In this document: positions 19,853 through 30,410 of the stretch, one piece after another
Numbering within the stretch: the stretch's first letter is position 1
Layout: the number at the start of each line of letters is the position of its first letter
NCBI GenBank assembly: GCA_039630545.1
Contig: JBCNUU010000004.1
Location: 77,207 to 141,206, forward strand
Length of the DNA: 64,000 nt
Source: Endomicrobiia bacterium
GTDB lineage: Bacteria; Elusimicrobiota; Endomicrobiia; DTEH01
Direction: 5' to 3'
Position numbers and translations under genes: made by a program
Notes under the pieces: generated by a model
What the model saw: only the letters and a program-made list of their open reading frames with translations
What the model was told of the DNA's origin: nothing
Database searches by the model: none

Positions 19853-21226
19853 TTATAAAACTTTATCTATATCAAAAATTGAAGAGATAAACTGAATATC
19901 TATGCTTTGTGAAGATAATGATATATTTTTTTTATTTTCAAAAGGTAATATCAATTTTTTATATCCTAACTTTGAAATCTCATTTAACCTCTCATTTACA
20001 AAACTTACAGCACGAATCTCACCATTAAGCCCTATTTCTCCTATATATACATTTTTGCTATCCACAGGTATATTTTTAAAGGAAGAATATACGGCAACAA
20101 CCAAAGCTAAATCCACTGCCGTTTCTTTTATTTTCAAACCTGCAACTACACTTATATACACATCTTCATAAACTAAATTTATACCTGCAAATTTTTCTAA
20201 AACTGATAACAAAAGCATGGTTCTGTTGTAGTCTATACCTGCAACAACTCTTCTTGGCTGAGAAAAATAAGACTTTGTAATTAATGCCTGAATTTGAGTA
20301 AGTAATGGTCGTGTCCCCTCAACTATACAGGTGGTAACGGTTCCTGAAAAATTTTTATTGTGATTAACGAAAAACTCCGAAGGATTGACTACCTCTTTAA
20401 GTCCTGAAGATGTCATTTCAAATATTCCTATTTCTGAGGAAGGACCGAAACGATTTTTATAAACTCTTAATATTCTGTAGTTCTGGGTTGTTTCTGTCTC
20501 AAAATATAAAACAGTATCTACCATATGTTCTAACAATTTAGGACCAGCTATGTCACCTTCTTTTGTAATATGGCCTAAAATAAAAACAGTAATTCCTTTA
20601 AACTTAGCAAGCCTTATTATTTCAGAAGTAATCCCCCGAATTTGTGGAATGCTTCCTTGAATATTCGGTATATTTTCAGAATAAACTGTTTGAATAGAAT
20701 CTATAATCAATACATCTGGAGAAATTTCATCTACAACTTTAAGAATATTTTCTAAAGATGTTTCAGATAGTATATATATTGCTGGGTTGTTTATTTTTAA
20801 TCTTTCAGCTCTAATTTTAAGCTGTTCAATGGATTCTTCTGCAGTAACATATAATACTTTGTAATTTTTGTCGTTAAATTTCTTTAGATTAGCAATATTA
20901 TCGGCAATCTGTAACATTAAAGTAGACTTTCCAACTCCCGGCTCACCACCAATAAGAACTATAGAACCATTAACTAAACCTCCACCTAATATTCTGTCTA
21001 ACTCAGAAATACCTGTAGAAAATTTTATCTGTTTATCTAAGAGATTTATTTCACTTAACTTAACAGCTTCTGAAGAAAAGCTAGTAATACTTTTAAGGGT
21101 ATTGTTCATCCTAAACTCAGTAAAACTATTCCAGCTACCACACTCAGGACATCTCCCTAACCACTTAAGACTTTCGTAACCGCATTCCTTACAAACAAAA
21201 TGTGTTTCTTTTATATTTTTTTTCAT
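19853..21226 (-). CDS. radA: DNA repair protein RadA/Sms
   Basis: C4 zinc finger CKECG...CPECG, GEPGVGKST, KNRFG. Confidence 0.97.
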   Translation of the reverse strand: MKKNIKETHFVCKECGYESLKWLGRCPECGSWNSFTEFRMNNTLKSITSFSSEAVKLSEINLLDKQIKFSTGISELDRILGGGLVNGSIVLIGGEPGVGKSTLMLQIADNIANLKKFNDKNYKVLYVTAEESIEQLKIRAERLKINNPAIYILSETSLENILKVVDEISPDVLIIDSIQTVYSENIPNIQGSIPQIRGITSEIIRLAKFKGITVFILGHITKEGDIAGPKLLEHMVDTVLYFETETTQNYRILRVYKNRFGPSSEIGIFEMTSSGLKEVVNPSEFFVNHNKNFSGTVTTCIVEGTRPLLTQIQALITKSYFSQPRRVVAGIDYNRTMLLLSVLEKFAGINLVYEDVYISVVAGLKIKETAVDLALVVAVYSSFKNIPVDSKNVYIGEIGLNGEIRAVSFVNERLNEISKLGYKKLILPFENKKNISLSSQSIDIQFISSIFDIDKVL

Positions 21227-21228
21227 TT

Positions 21229-23043
21229 TTATAATTTCATTAATTCAATAAATGTCTCTTTAGGAATCTCAACAGAACCTATTTGCTTCATTCTTTTTTT
21301 GCCTTCTTTTTGTTTTTCTAAAAGCTTTCTTTTTCGAGTCACATCTCCTCCATAACATTTAGCTAAAACATCTTTTTTCAAGGCAGGAATGTCTTCTCTT
21401 GCTATTATTTTACCCTGACATTTTACTTGTAAAGGAATAGTAAAAAGATGTCTCGGGATTGTCTTTTTTAGTTTTTCAAGAATTTTTAATGCTGTAGAGT
21501 ATGCTTTATCTTTATGAGATATATAACAAAAAGAATCTACAAGTTCTCCGTTTACTAATACCTCAAGCTTTACGAGGTCTGCTTCTTTAAATCCAATTTG
21601 CTGATAATCAAAAGAAGCATATCCTTTAGAAACCGATTTTATAGCATCAAAAAAATTAACTATTATTTCACTCAAAGGTATTTCTAACTCTACAACTACA
21701 TGTCTTTCATCTATAAAATCCTGATTTAAAACTTCTGCACGAAACTGTTTGCATGTTTCTATTACATTGCTTAAGTATTCTAAGGGTGTTATAACAGTAG
21801 TTTTTGTAATTGGTTCATATATTTTTTTTATTTGAAAATAATCTGGAAAGTCAGAATAGGTATTTACTATTTTTTCTTCACCATTCTGTAAGACAATTTT
21901 GTATTCAACATTCGGAAATGTCACTATTAAATCTAATTTATACTCTCTTTCTAATCTTTCTTTTACTATTTCAAGGTGCAAAGAACCCAGAAATCCACAA
22001 TGAAAACCAGCACCAAGAACTTTTGAAGATGTCGGTTTAAATTGTAAAGAATAGTCGGTTAGATGAAGCTTCTGAAGAGATATTTTTAAATGGTCATAAT
22101 CTTTGGGACTTAATGGATATATCCCAGCAAAAACAAATGGTTTAGCTTCCTTGTGTTCAGGAATTTTATTTTTTAAAAATTCTAATTCCTGTTGAGATAA
22201 ATTAATGTCAGTAATTATATCACCTATTTTCACATGATGAATATCTTTTATACCTGCTATTATGTATCCTACCTCTCCTGAAATAAGTTTATCTGTAGGA
22301 GTTAACTCTAATTTTATATAGCCGATTTCTTCAATTTTATAAACTTTATTCTCATCAAATGAGGAAAAAAACTTAAAATACATGTTTTTTTTAATTTCTC
22401 CACTTATTACTTTTACATACATTACTACAAACCTGTAGGTATCATAAAAAGCATCAAAAACCAATGCTGTGGTACATTTTAAATCTTCATATACTTTAGG
22501 TGGGGGAAAACTGTTTATTATCTCTATAAGTAACTCTTTTATACCATATCCTAATTTTGCACTTACAAGAATTGGTTTAGTGTTTATTTTCAAAAAATCT
22601 TTTATTTGTTGCTGAGTAGCTTCAACATTTGCATTTTGAAGATCTATTTTATTTATTACAGGCAAAATTTTAAGTCCTGCCTTTTTAGCTATAACTGCAT
22701 TAGAAACTGTCTGAGCCTCCACACCCTGAGTAGCGTCAACCACTAAAATTGCTCCTTCACATGCATTAACTACTCTTATTACTTCATATGTAAAATCTAC
22801 ATGACCAGGTGTATCAATTAAATTTAGAATATATTTTTGACTATTATAAAAATATTCCATTCTTATTGTTTTGGATCTTATAGTTATACCTCTTTCTCTT
22901 TCTAAATCCATACTATCTAATATCTGATCATGCATTAGCCTTTCAGGAACTGTATTGGTCAATTCTAAAAGTCTATCTGCTAGGGTGGATTTTCCATGAT
23001 CAATATGTGCTATTATGCAAAAATTTCTAATTTTGTCTATCAT
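21229..23043 (-). CDS. lepA: elongation factor 4 (LepA)
   Basis: IIAHIDHGKSTLADR, DTPGHVDF, KCYGGDVTRKRKLLEKQKEGKKRMK. Confidence 0.98.
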   Translation of the reverse strand: MIDKIRNFCIIAHIDHGKSTLADRLLELTNTVPERLMHDQILDSMDLERERGITIRSKTIRMEYFYNSQKYILNLIDTPGHVDFTYEVIRVVNACEGAILVVDATQGVEAQTVSNAVIAKKAGLKILPVINKIDLQNANVEATQQQIKDFLKINTKPILVSAKLGYGIKELLIEIINSFPPPKVYEDLKCTTALVFDAFYDTYRFVVMYVKVISGEIKKNMYFKFFSSFDENKVYKIEEIGYIKLELTPTDKLISGEVGYIIAGIKDIHHVKIGDIITDINLSQQELEFLKNKIPEHKEAKPFVFAGIYPLSPKDYDHLKISLQKLHLTDYSLQFKPTSSKVLGAGFHCGFLGSLHLEIVKERLEREYKLDLIVTFPNVEYKIVLQNGEEKIVNTYSDFPDYFQIKKIYEPITKTTVITPLEYLSNVIETCKQFRAEVLNQDFIDERHVVVELEIPLSEIIVNFFDAIKSVSKGYASFDYQQIGFKEADLVKLEVLVNGELVDSFCYISHKDKAYSTALKILEKLKKTIPRHLFTIPLQVKCQGKIIAREDIPALKKDVLAKCYGGDVTRKRKLLEKQKEGKKRMKQIGSVEIPKETFIELMKL

Positions 23044-23055
23044 ATTAATTTTTAT

Positions 23056-24807
23056 TTATATTTCAGAAGGATGCTTTTTTTCTAAAACTTCTCTTATTTT
23101 TTTATAATCGTCAGTTAAAAAAATCTCTTCAATTAAACCTTTTGCTTCGGAAAAAGTTGTAGATCTTATAACTTTTTTTAATTTCAGTACAGAAGCAGGT
23201 GGAACACTTAACTCATCTATTTCTAATCCAATTAATACTTTAGTAAATCCAACATCAGCAGCCATTTCTCCACAAATTGAAACTGGCTTTTTGTTTTTAT
23301 GAGCTGCCTCTACTATATGTTTTATCATTCTCAAAACAGAAATATGCAATGGTTCATAAAGTTCAGCTACATTCTCGTTATGTCTGTCAACTGCTAATGT
23401 AAACTGAATTAAATCATTTGTGCCAATAGATACAAAGTCCACTTTTTTTGACAAAATATCACAAGCAATAGCTGCTGAAGGTGTTTCTATCATTATACCA
23501 ACAGGTATATTTTCATCAAACTTTATATTTTGTTGTTTTAATTCATTTTTTATTTCTTGCAAAAACTTCTTTAATTCTTCAACTTCCTTTATGGTAGAAA
23601 TCAAAGGGAACATAATTTTAACGTTTTTTTTATAAGATGCTCTAAGAATTGCTCTTATCTGTGTTTTAAATATATCTTTATACTTAAAAGCAAGTCTTAT
23701 CCCTCTCAAACCTAAAGCAGGCACACTTTCTGGGATAACACCTTCTAAACCTAATTTAGAAAGTTTATCTGAACCAATATCAAATGTCCTGATAGTTACT
23801 GGATATGGATACATTTTTTCTACCACATATTTATAGTCTCTGAAAAGTTCTTCTTCCGAAGGCAAACTTGTTCTGCTAATATATTGATATTCTGTCCTAT
23901 AAAGACCTATGCCCTCTGCTGCACAACTAATAACTGCATCTATTTCTTTTGGGGAATCTATGTTGCATACAAGTCCAATTTTTCTATGATCTATCGTTTC
24001 ACAAGAAAGTGTTTTCAAAGAAATGAGCATCTCTTTTTCCTTAAGAAGCTTTTTATGTAATTCTTCATATCTTCTTTTTGTTTCATTAGATGGATTTAAT
24101 ATAACTATGCCCTTAAATGCATCTATAATAATATCATCACCCTCTTCTATATCTTCAGAAGTAATGCCTCTTAGACCAACTACAGAAGGAACTTCTAAAC
24201 CTTGAGAAGCAATTGAAACATGGGAAGTTTTAGTCCCAACTTCTATTACAAAACCTTTACATTTTTTTTCTTTTATTACAATTACATCATGTGGATTTAA
24301 AGTATGAGCTATTATTATATCATCCTGTGTTGCATTTTCTAAGCTTTTTCTTTGTTTACCTGTAATGTTTCTAAAAAGTTTTCTGCCAACATCATGAATA
24401 TCAGTGGATCTTCCTTTAAAATATTCATCCTCAGACATTTCAAACATTTGAATTACACGATTAAGAGCACTACTTAAAGCATATTCAATGCTTAACTCCT
24501 GCTCTTCCACCATTCTAATAACATCGCTTGTAAATAATTTATCTTCTAATATAGTAACATATCCTTCAATTAAATCTGCATGTTGTTTACCAAGAGCCTT
24601 AAGGATTCTATCTTTTGTATCCATAAGCTGCTTTTTTGTTAACTCTAATGCTTCTTTATATCTAGTTATTTCTTTTTTGATATTTTCTTTTGGAATTTTT
24701 TTCACAGGAATAAAAAATAAATCTTCGCCTTGTTCAAGTAAAAATGCTTTTCCTATGGCTATCCCTTCACAACCACTTATTCCTGTTAATATCTTTTCTT
24801 TTTTCAT
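23056..24807 (-). CDS. ptsI: PTS enzyme I
   Basis: Phospho-His motif GTKTSHVSI, GIGLYRTE, LGLRGIR, SIGTNDLIQF, ICGEMA. Confidence 0.95.
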   Translation of the reverse strand: MKKEKILTGISGCEGIAIGKAFLLEQGEDLFFIPVKKIPKENIKKEITRYKEALELTKKQLMDTKDRILKALGKQHADLIEGYVTILEDKLFTSDVIRMVEEQELSIEYALSSALNRVIQMFEMSEDEYFKGRSTDIHDVGRKLFRNITGKQRKSLENATQDDIIIAHTLNPHDVIVIKEKKCKGFVIEVGTKTSHVSIASQGLEVPSVVGLRGITSEDIEEGDDIIIDAFKGIVILNPSNETKRRYEELHKKLLKEKEMLISLKTLSCETIDHRKIGLVCNIDSPKEIDAVISCAAEGIGLYRTEYQYISRTSLPSEEELFRDYKYVVEKMYPYPVTIRTFDIGSDKLSKLGLEGVIPESVPALGLRGIRLAFKYKDIFKTQIRAILRASYKKNVKIMFPLISTIKEVEELKKFLQEIKNELKQQNIKFDENIPVGIMIETPSAAIACDILSKKVDFVSIGTNDLIQFTLAVDRHNENVAELYEPLHISVLRMIKHIVEAAHKNKKPVSICGEMAADVGFTKVLIGLEIDELSVPPASVLKLKKVIRSTTFSEAKGLIEEIFLTDDYKKIREVLEKKHPSEI

Positions 24808-25058
24808 ATTGACTTAAAAAATTCTTTTATATCAACCATAGCTTCTTTTTCATCTTCTCCATCAACTATTACTTTTATTTTATCACCACATGTAATTACT
24901 AATGCTAAAACCTCTAAAACACTTTTAGCATCTGCTATTTGGTTTCCTTTTATTATTTTTATATCAGATTTATATTTCGAAGTAACACTTATAAGTCTAC
25001 TTACGGGTCTAATATGTAATCCTAATTCATCATTAACAGTAAATTCTTCTTCTATCAT
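24804..25058 (-). CDS. ptsH: phosphocarrier protein HPr
   Basis: GLHIRP (His15) and DAKSVL (Ser46 region). ATG at 25058 overlaps the IID stop codon (TAATG). Confidence 0.92.
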   Translation of the reverse strand: MIEEEFTVNDELGLHIRPVSRLISVTSKYKSDIKIIKGNQIADAKSVLEVLALVITCGDKIKVIVDGEDEKEAMVDIKEFFKSI

Positions 25059-25816
25059 TACTTTATTACCAACCAATAAAATAAAAAATTAACTAAAAAC
25101 AAAAAAACAACAACTAAACTCCAATTAATTTTTCTACTTAACAACATGGACAAAAAAATATTAAACCAAAAAAGAATTACATCCCTTTTTATATCTAATA
25201 GAGATAAACTATAAACAAAAGAAACTATTAAAAGTATTATTATTCCCAAACTTCTTATTAACTTTACAACCTTCTGTGGCCCAAATTTTGCAATTTTTTC
25301 TATTATCTGATAACTGTAGTGATAGCCCAAATATAATCCAACTATTCTTATAGGGATATGACCTATTAAATTGTATATAAGCAAAAATCCAATCAAACCT
25401 GGCAAAATATTCAATTCATTATAGAAATTTTTACCATGAAGCAAAAAATAACTACAAACTAAAACACTGCAAAAAACTCGCCAGCTAGACCATATAAGTC
25501 TGTCTCCTATAGCCGCAACAGGCCCTGCAAGCATAGTTTTATTTCTTATTACTTCATCCTGGCTGACTTCACCTTTAAGATATTTTTCTTCCATCTTCAT
25601 AGTTATACCTAAAATTATACTTGCAAAATATGGATGCGTATTAAAAAAACCAAAATGTAGTTTCACTTTTTTTGCTAATTTTTCTTTATCTTTATACAAT
25701 CTTTTTAAAAATGGAATAATACTAAATGCAAACCCAACATTCTGCATACGTTCATAATTCCAGACACACTCTAAAAAAAGACTTCTTATAAAAACACAAA
25801 AAATTGATGATTTCAT
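25058..25816 (-). CDS. PTS mannose/fructose/sorbose family IID component
   Basis: WNYERMQNVGF, FFNTHPY, GPVAAIGDRLIW. Confidence 0.92.
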   Translation of the reverse strand: MKSSIFCVFIRSLFLECVWNYERMQNVGFAFSIIPFLKRLYKDKEKLAKKVKLHFGFFNTHPYFASIILGITMKMEEKYLKGEVSQDEVIRNKTMLAGPVAAIGDRLIWSSWRVFCSVLVCSYFLLHGKNFYNELNILPGLIGFLLIYNLIGHIPIRIVGLYLGYHYSYQIIEKIAKFGPQKVVKLIRSLGIIILLIVSFVYSLSLLDIKRDVILFWFNIFLSMLLSRKINWSLVVVFLFLVNFLFYWLVIK

Positions 25817-25823
25817 TTAAGAA

Positions 25824-26432
25824 TCATTTTTCAAGAAAATGATTAATACATATACCTATTCCTAAAGCAGGTAAAATACTTATTAAACTATGCACATCAA
25901 AAATTATCCTTGATGGCAAAAACTTACATAACACACATAACAAATACCCTAAAGAGGAAAAGGAAATAAGATAAAACAGTACTGTCCTTAAATATGTGAA
26001 AATTATCCCATAAAATATCAAAAGGTTTATTCTTTTAATCACAACTTCATTTTTTGCAGTGTCTACCCAGCTTAATACAACTGAGTTTAAAGAACGGGTA
26101 AGCATATCTACATATTTATATAAAAATCCTATAAAAAATCCAAATATTAAAGATAATATCAGACATCCACTAATCTCAAAACCCACAATACTAAAAACAG
26201 TAGAAGATGTTGCATCTACTGGAACTTTGATTCCCACAGGTATTTCTATAATATATAACAATTCAAATAAAACTCCTATAAGTAAACCATATTGAGGAAT
26301 ACCTAAAAAATATCCAAAAATTCCTCCTACAACTATGGGTCTGCTTATCATAAATTGTCCAAAAACTAAAATATCCAAATGAATCAAACCAGCCAATAAA
26401 GACGAAACCAAAATTTTAAAACTAACAAACAT
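25824..26432 (-). CDS. PTS mannose/fructose/sorbose family IIC component (short)
   Basis: FGQFMISRPIVVG...G..GLLIGVLFELL...PVG..VP; hydrophobic; directly upstream of IID. Confidence 0.85.
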   Translation of the reverse strand: MFVSFKILVSSLLAGLIHLDILVFGQFMISRPIVVGGIFGYFLGIPQYGLLIGVLFELLYIIEIPVGIKVPVDATSSTVFSIVGFEISGCLILSLIFGFFIGFLYKYVDMLTRSLNSVVLSWVDTAKNEVVIKRINLLIFYGIIFTYLRTVLFYLISFSSLGYLLCVLCKFLPSRIIFDVHSLISILPALGIGICINHFLEK

Positions 26433-26434
26433 AT

Positions 26435-28477
26435 TTATTTCACCTTTAAAGTTATTTCCGTATGATATGATTGCAAAGGTAAAACTTCAAACTCAAATCT
26501 ACATCCTATACATACCCCCTGATAATTTCTCTCAAAACCTGCTTCTGAAAGAGAAATCGTTTCTATAGGAAATCTCCAAAATTTTATATCATAGGGTGAG
26601 AGAACTTCTATTTTAAAGTGTTTAATGTTGTCTTTAAATTCTAATTTATTAGTAACCTCTTCTTTTATTTCTTGTTGACTATCTCCAAAAATCAAAAAAT
26701 TAAACTCTACAAGAAAACATAAACTGCTGAGATCTTTTGAGGATATATTTTTTATAACATATTTGCATGTGATACTATCATCTTTAAAGAAATATTTTTT
26801 TTGTACTTCTATTTTATATTTTATGTCTTTAAAAATACAACCCACCCTTGAAAGCTCAACCTCAAAAGACTCTTTGTCTATATTATTTACTTTATAACTT
26901 TCTAATGTAAAATCTCCTAAATCCTTATATCTGGCTTTGTAGAAATCTTCAATTGTAATATCTTTATCTAAAAAATGATCTAAGAAACTATATCTGTTGT
27001 GCCAGTCATAGTAGATTTTCTCAGATAAATTCTTTTCTTTAGTTAAAACTATATCATGAATTGTTTTTACATCTTCAATATTATTTTTAAAATTATTTTT
27101 TTCAAATTCTAAAAGTCTATGATGATATGCTTCCTTTTTTCTTGATAAGACATTTAGAAGATTTTTATTGTAGTTTTTAAGGTCTATCTCATAAATACAA
27201 CCACCATAAGAAGGTTTTATATAAGAAATAATATTTTTTGTTGAAACACATATTTCATCGTGAGTGTCTATATCAAAATCTTTAACATAAATTCCTTCTT
27301 TAAGAATTTCTTTTTCAACATCTATAAGATTTTCATAAACTGCTTCTCTTAAATGGGGTAAATAAAGCCCACCAAAAACTCCATGCCAATAAGCACAGTT
27401 GCATTGTGCTTTATATAGTTTTTTAATTAATGTTTTTTTAGTTTTTTTAAGTTCAACAGACAAATTTATCATCTTTTTATGCATATTATTTGCTTCTGGA
27501 TACTTACTTAAGAAGTTTTTCCAATAACCACCATGGATAAACTGTTTTAATACTTCTTTATTAGAGATACTCTCTATTTCTTTTATTAATTTTTCAAATA
27601 ACATCTGAGTAGAAGTAGGAAGTGTCCATTCTCCCATTTCAAAATAAGATGCTGTAGGTAGATATATTCTATCTTTGGGAGGTTTTAATTCAATAAACTC
27701 AGAAAAAGTAAGCGTTTCTAACCACTCATTATTTTCTACTATTTTTTCTAAAAAGTTTCTAAGCCACTTATTTTCATACACATGTTCATAAGTTTTAGGC
27801 CATACTCCAAATTTCTCCCCATCATCACCCATGGTTACAGAAACCGGAGTTGATAAATTATCTTTAAAATTGGAAAAAAATATAATATTTTCTTCTACGC
27901 TTTTAAAAGGTATATAGTATCTAAGAGTCTGTAATATCGGAAAAACATAAAGTGATCTTCCTTCTTCTTCAGTCAAATAGTAATCTGTAAGTACAGGATT
28001 TTCTAATCTGTTTATACCGGCCATGTAAAATATATAGTCATCAACCAAAGTATATTTCAGTCCACACTCAGCTATATCTTTAACTATATTTTGTTCCCAT
28101 ACTCTTTCTGTAAGCCATAAACCTTTAGGCTCTATATCAAATGTTTTAAATATAAACTCATTCATCATCATTATCTGTCCATAACGGTCTTTTTGTAAAA
28201 TAGCACTTAAAATCGGCTCATAATACCCTCCCGAAAAAATCTCAACCTGTTTTCTTTTAACCATTTCTTTAACTTTTTCTATATATTCTGGATGTTTATC
28301 TTTGAAGTAATCCCAGAGTATACCTGAACAATGTAGTGAGAATTTTATCTTCGGATATTCAAATAGCAAATCTATAAATGGTTTATATGCTTTGTTATAA
28401 GCTTCCTCAATCACACTTTCAAAATTTCCAACTGGTTGATGATTATGAATGCATAGAAGAAAATATAATTTGTTCAT
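26435..28477 (-). CDS. GH57 4-alpha-glucanotransferase/alpha-amylase
   Basis: HNHQPVGNF, GGYYEPIL, WLTERVWE, GDDGEKFGVWP, AQCNCAYWHGVFGGLYLPHLR, C-terminal SLSEAGFERNYQG. No signal peptide. Confidence 0.93.
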   Translation of the reverse strand: MNKLYFLLCIHNHQPVGNFESVIEEAYNKAYKPFIDLLFEYPKIKFSLHCSGILWDYFKDKHPEYIEKVKEMVKRKQVEIFSGGYYEPILSAILQKDRYGQIMMMNEFIFKTFDIEPKGLWLTERVWEQNIVKDIAECGLKYTLVDDYIFYMAGINRLENPVLTDYYLTEEEGRSLYVFPILQTLRYYIPFKSVEENIIFFSNFKDNLSTPVSVTMGDDGEKFGVWPKTYEHVYENKWLRNFLEKIVENNEWLETLTFSEFIELKPPKDRIYLPTASYFEMGEWTLPTSTQMLFEKLIKEIESISNKEVLKQFIHGGYWKNFLSKYPEANNMHKKMINLSVELKKTKKTLIKKLYKAQCNCAYWHGVFGGLYLPHLREAVYENLIDVEKEILKEGIYVKDFDIDTHDEICVSTKNIISYIKPSYGGCIYEIDLKNYNKNLLNVLSRKKEAYHHRLLEFEKNNFKNNIEDVKTIHDIVLTKEKNLSEKIYYDWHNRYSFLDHFLDKDITIEDFYKARYKDLGDFTLESYKVNNIDKESFEVELSRVGCIFKDIKYKIEVQKKYFFKDDSITCKYVIKNISSKDLSSLCFLVEFNFLIFGDSQQEIKEEVTNKLEFKDNIKHFKIEVLSPYDIKFWRFPIETISLSEAGFERNYQGVCIGCRFEFEVLPLQSYHTEITLKVK

Positions 28478-29004
28478 AAATACCTCTTTTTGCTTTTTAC
28501 AATTTCTTCTATTTCTAAAATTTTTTCATTAATCAAAATTTTTGGATCATCAGGTAAAACATAATACTCAAGTTTTACATTAAGTGCATCTAACTTTTTA
28601 ATAATTTCTAAATCTTCTAAACTTAAAAAAAGTGCCTTATATATCTGTACCCTTGACTCTATATGTCTTATGCCACCAACATTAACCGGCGGAGGCAAAA
28701 AATTAAAAATAGTGTTTTTTATTTTTAAAACTAAATCATATAACTCCTTCAATGATGAAATTAATATTATTGTTTTAATTTTTTCAAATTCACCAGCAAC
28801 TATTTTCTCTGAAGTAGACTCTAAAGACAAGCACTCCAGCTTTACAGCTTCGGGTGTTGAAACTAAATATAAACTTCTCTGTAGCGGGTCACAAGAAACA
28901 ACATCAGACGCTACTACTATCTTTTCAATCTTTAATGGCTTAACCCAACCTTCTATCACCTGACCATGCAGAAGTCTATCATCTATTCTTATTATATAAC
29001 CCAT
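28474..29004 (-). CDS. PTS mannose/sorbose family IIB component
   Basis: IRIDDRLLHGQV (phospho-His), VNVGGI. Confidence 0.92.
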   Translation of the reverse strand: MGYIIRIDDRLLHGQVIEGWVKPLKIEKIVVASDVVSCDPLQRSLYLVSTPEAVKLECLSLESTSEKIVAGEFEKIKTIILISSLKELYDLVLKIKNTIFNFLPPPVNVGGIRHIESRVQIYKALFLSLEDLEIIKKLDALNVKLEYYVLPDDPKILINEKILEIEEIVKSKKRYL

Positions 29005-29007
29005 GTT

Positions 29008-29430
29008 TTATATTTTATTTTTAAAGAACTCATTTACATTAGAAATACTCTTTTTAGATTCATCTATAACCCTGTTAATATATTCTTGAATATCGTTAAT
29101 TGAGGAAAATTCCCTTAGATGAACTGCTGAAATTAGCATACATAAATTAATCCCGCTTACTATATATACATTTTCATAGTTTTTGCATAGACGTAATGAT
29201 GCATTACATGGAGTTCCACCTAGCATATCCGTAAACACCACAACATATTCTGTGTTTAATTTTTTAATAAGATCTTCTATACTTTCACATACTGTCTGAA
29301 GAGTCATATTGGAAGAAATAGAAAAGCTCTCAATATTTGCCTTTTCACCAACTATGGAAAACAAAGTATTCTTAAAAGCTTCAGCTAAGTTTCCATGAGT
29401 AATTATTATTATCCCCACATCCATAACCAT
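29008..29430 (-). CDS. PTS mannose/fructose family IIA component
   Basis: IIITHG, FTDMLGGTPCN, VSGINL. Confidence 0.92.
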   Translation of the reverse strand: MVMDVGIIIITHGNLAEAFKNTLFSIVGEKANIESFSISSNMTLQTVCESIEDLIKKLNTEYVVVFTDMLGGTPCNASLRLCKNYENVYIVSGINLCMLISAVHLREFSSINDIQEYINRVIDESKKSISNVNEFFKNKI

Positions 29431-29432
29431 TT

Positions 29433-30410
29433 CTACCTATTAAGTAAACTAACAATTGTTTTTGCTACTTTGTCAGGATTGTGTCTTACAAATTTTATAT
29501 TTTTTGATTTTTCAACAAAATTATCTATTATTACACCTTTTTTTACTAATTTTTTAAGCTCTTTGTAATTTTCAATTTTCACAGGAAAAGATTTTGCTTT
29601 TTTATATTTTTTTAGTAATTTAGACGGCAATTTACCAGAGTTTATTATTATATAGTCAAACTTAAATTTATATTCACAATGTTCATAAATTTTCTTAATA
29701 TGTTTTTCTGCTGAATATCCCTCTGTTTCTCCTGGCTGAGTCATGATGTTACAAATATATATTTTTAGAGCTTTAGTGTTGTTTGTTATTTCTTCTATGA
29801 CTTCTTTTATAACTAAATTAGACAAAATTGAAGTAAACAAAGAACCTGGTCCTACAACTATCACATCAGCATTTTTAATCTCATCTGAGACTTCAGAATA
29901 ATGTCTCACTGTAGATGGGTTTAAAAACATTTTTTTAATAGGAGAAGTAGAGTTTGAAATTTTACTTTCTCCAAAAACTATTTCACCATTTTCAAGAATA
30001 GCTGCTAAGTCTGTAGGTTGAAGAGTGATGGGTAAAACCTTTCCTTTTATGTTCAAAATTTCAGAAATTTTTTTTATAGCTTTGTCAAAACCTTTATATA
30101 TATCAGTTAAAGCAACCACAAGTAAATTACCTAACGAATGGCCTCCAACTTCTGGTGTTTTTTTCGTAACTGGAAATCTATAACTAAAAATTTTATTAAA
30201 TATATCTTCCTTATTAGATAAAGCTAAAAGACAATTTCTTATATCTCCCGGAGGTAATACTCCAAATTCTTTTTTTAATCTCCCAGAACTTCCACCATCA
30301 TCCATTACTGTGACAACAGCTGTAATATCCAGTATTTCATATTTTTTCAACCCCCTTAGAATCGTAGATAAACCTGCGCCTCCGCCTATACAAACTATTT
30401 TTTTTTTCAT
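29433..30410 (-). CDS. yvcK: YvcK/GlmR (CofD/UPF0052) family gluconeogenesis/UDP-GlcNAc-binding factor
   Basis: IGGGAGL, DDGGSSGRL, PPGDIRNCL, GHSLGNL, GPGSLFTS, NIMTQPGET, RHNP. Confidence 0.93.
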   Translation of the reverse strand: MKKKIVCIGGGAGLSTILRGLKKYEILDITAVVTVMDDGGSSGRLKKEFGVLPPGDIRNCLLALSNKEDIFNKIFSYRFPVTKKTPEVGGHSLGNLLVVALTDIYKGFDKAIKKISEILNIKGKVLPITLQPTDLAAILENGEIVFGESKISNSTSPIKKMFLNPSTVRHYSEVSDEIKNADVIVVGPGSLFTSILSNLVIKEVIEEITNNTKALKIYICNIMTQPGETEGYSAEKHIKKIYEHCEYKFKFDYIIINSGKLPSKLLKKYKKAKSFPVKIENYKELKKLVKKGVIIDNFVEKSKNIKFVRHNPDKVAKTIVSLLNR

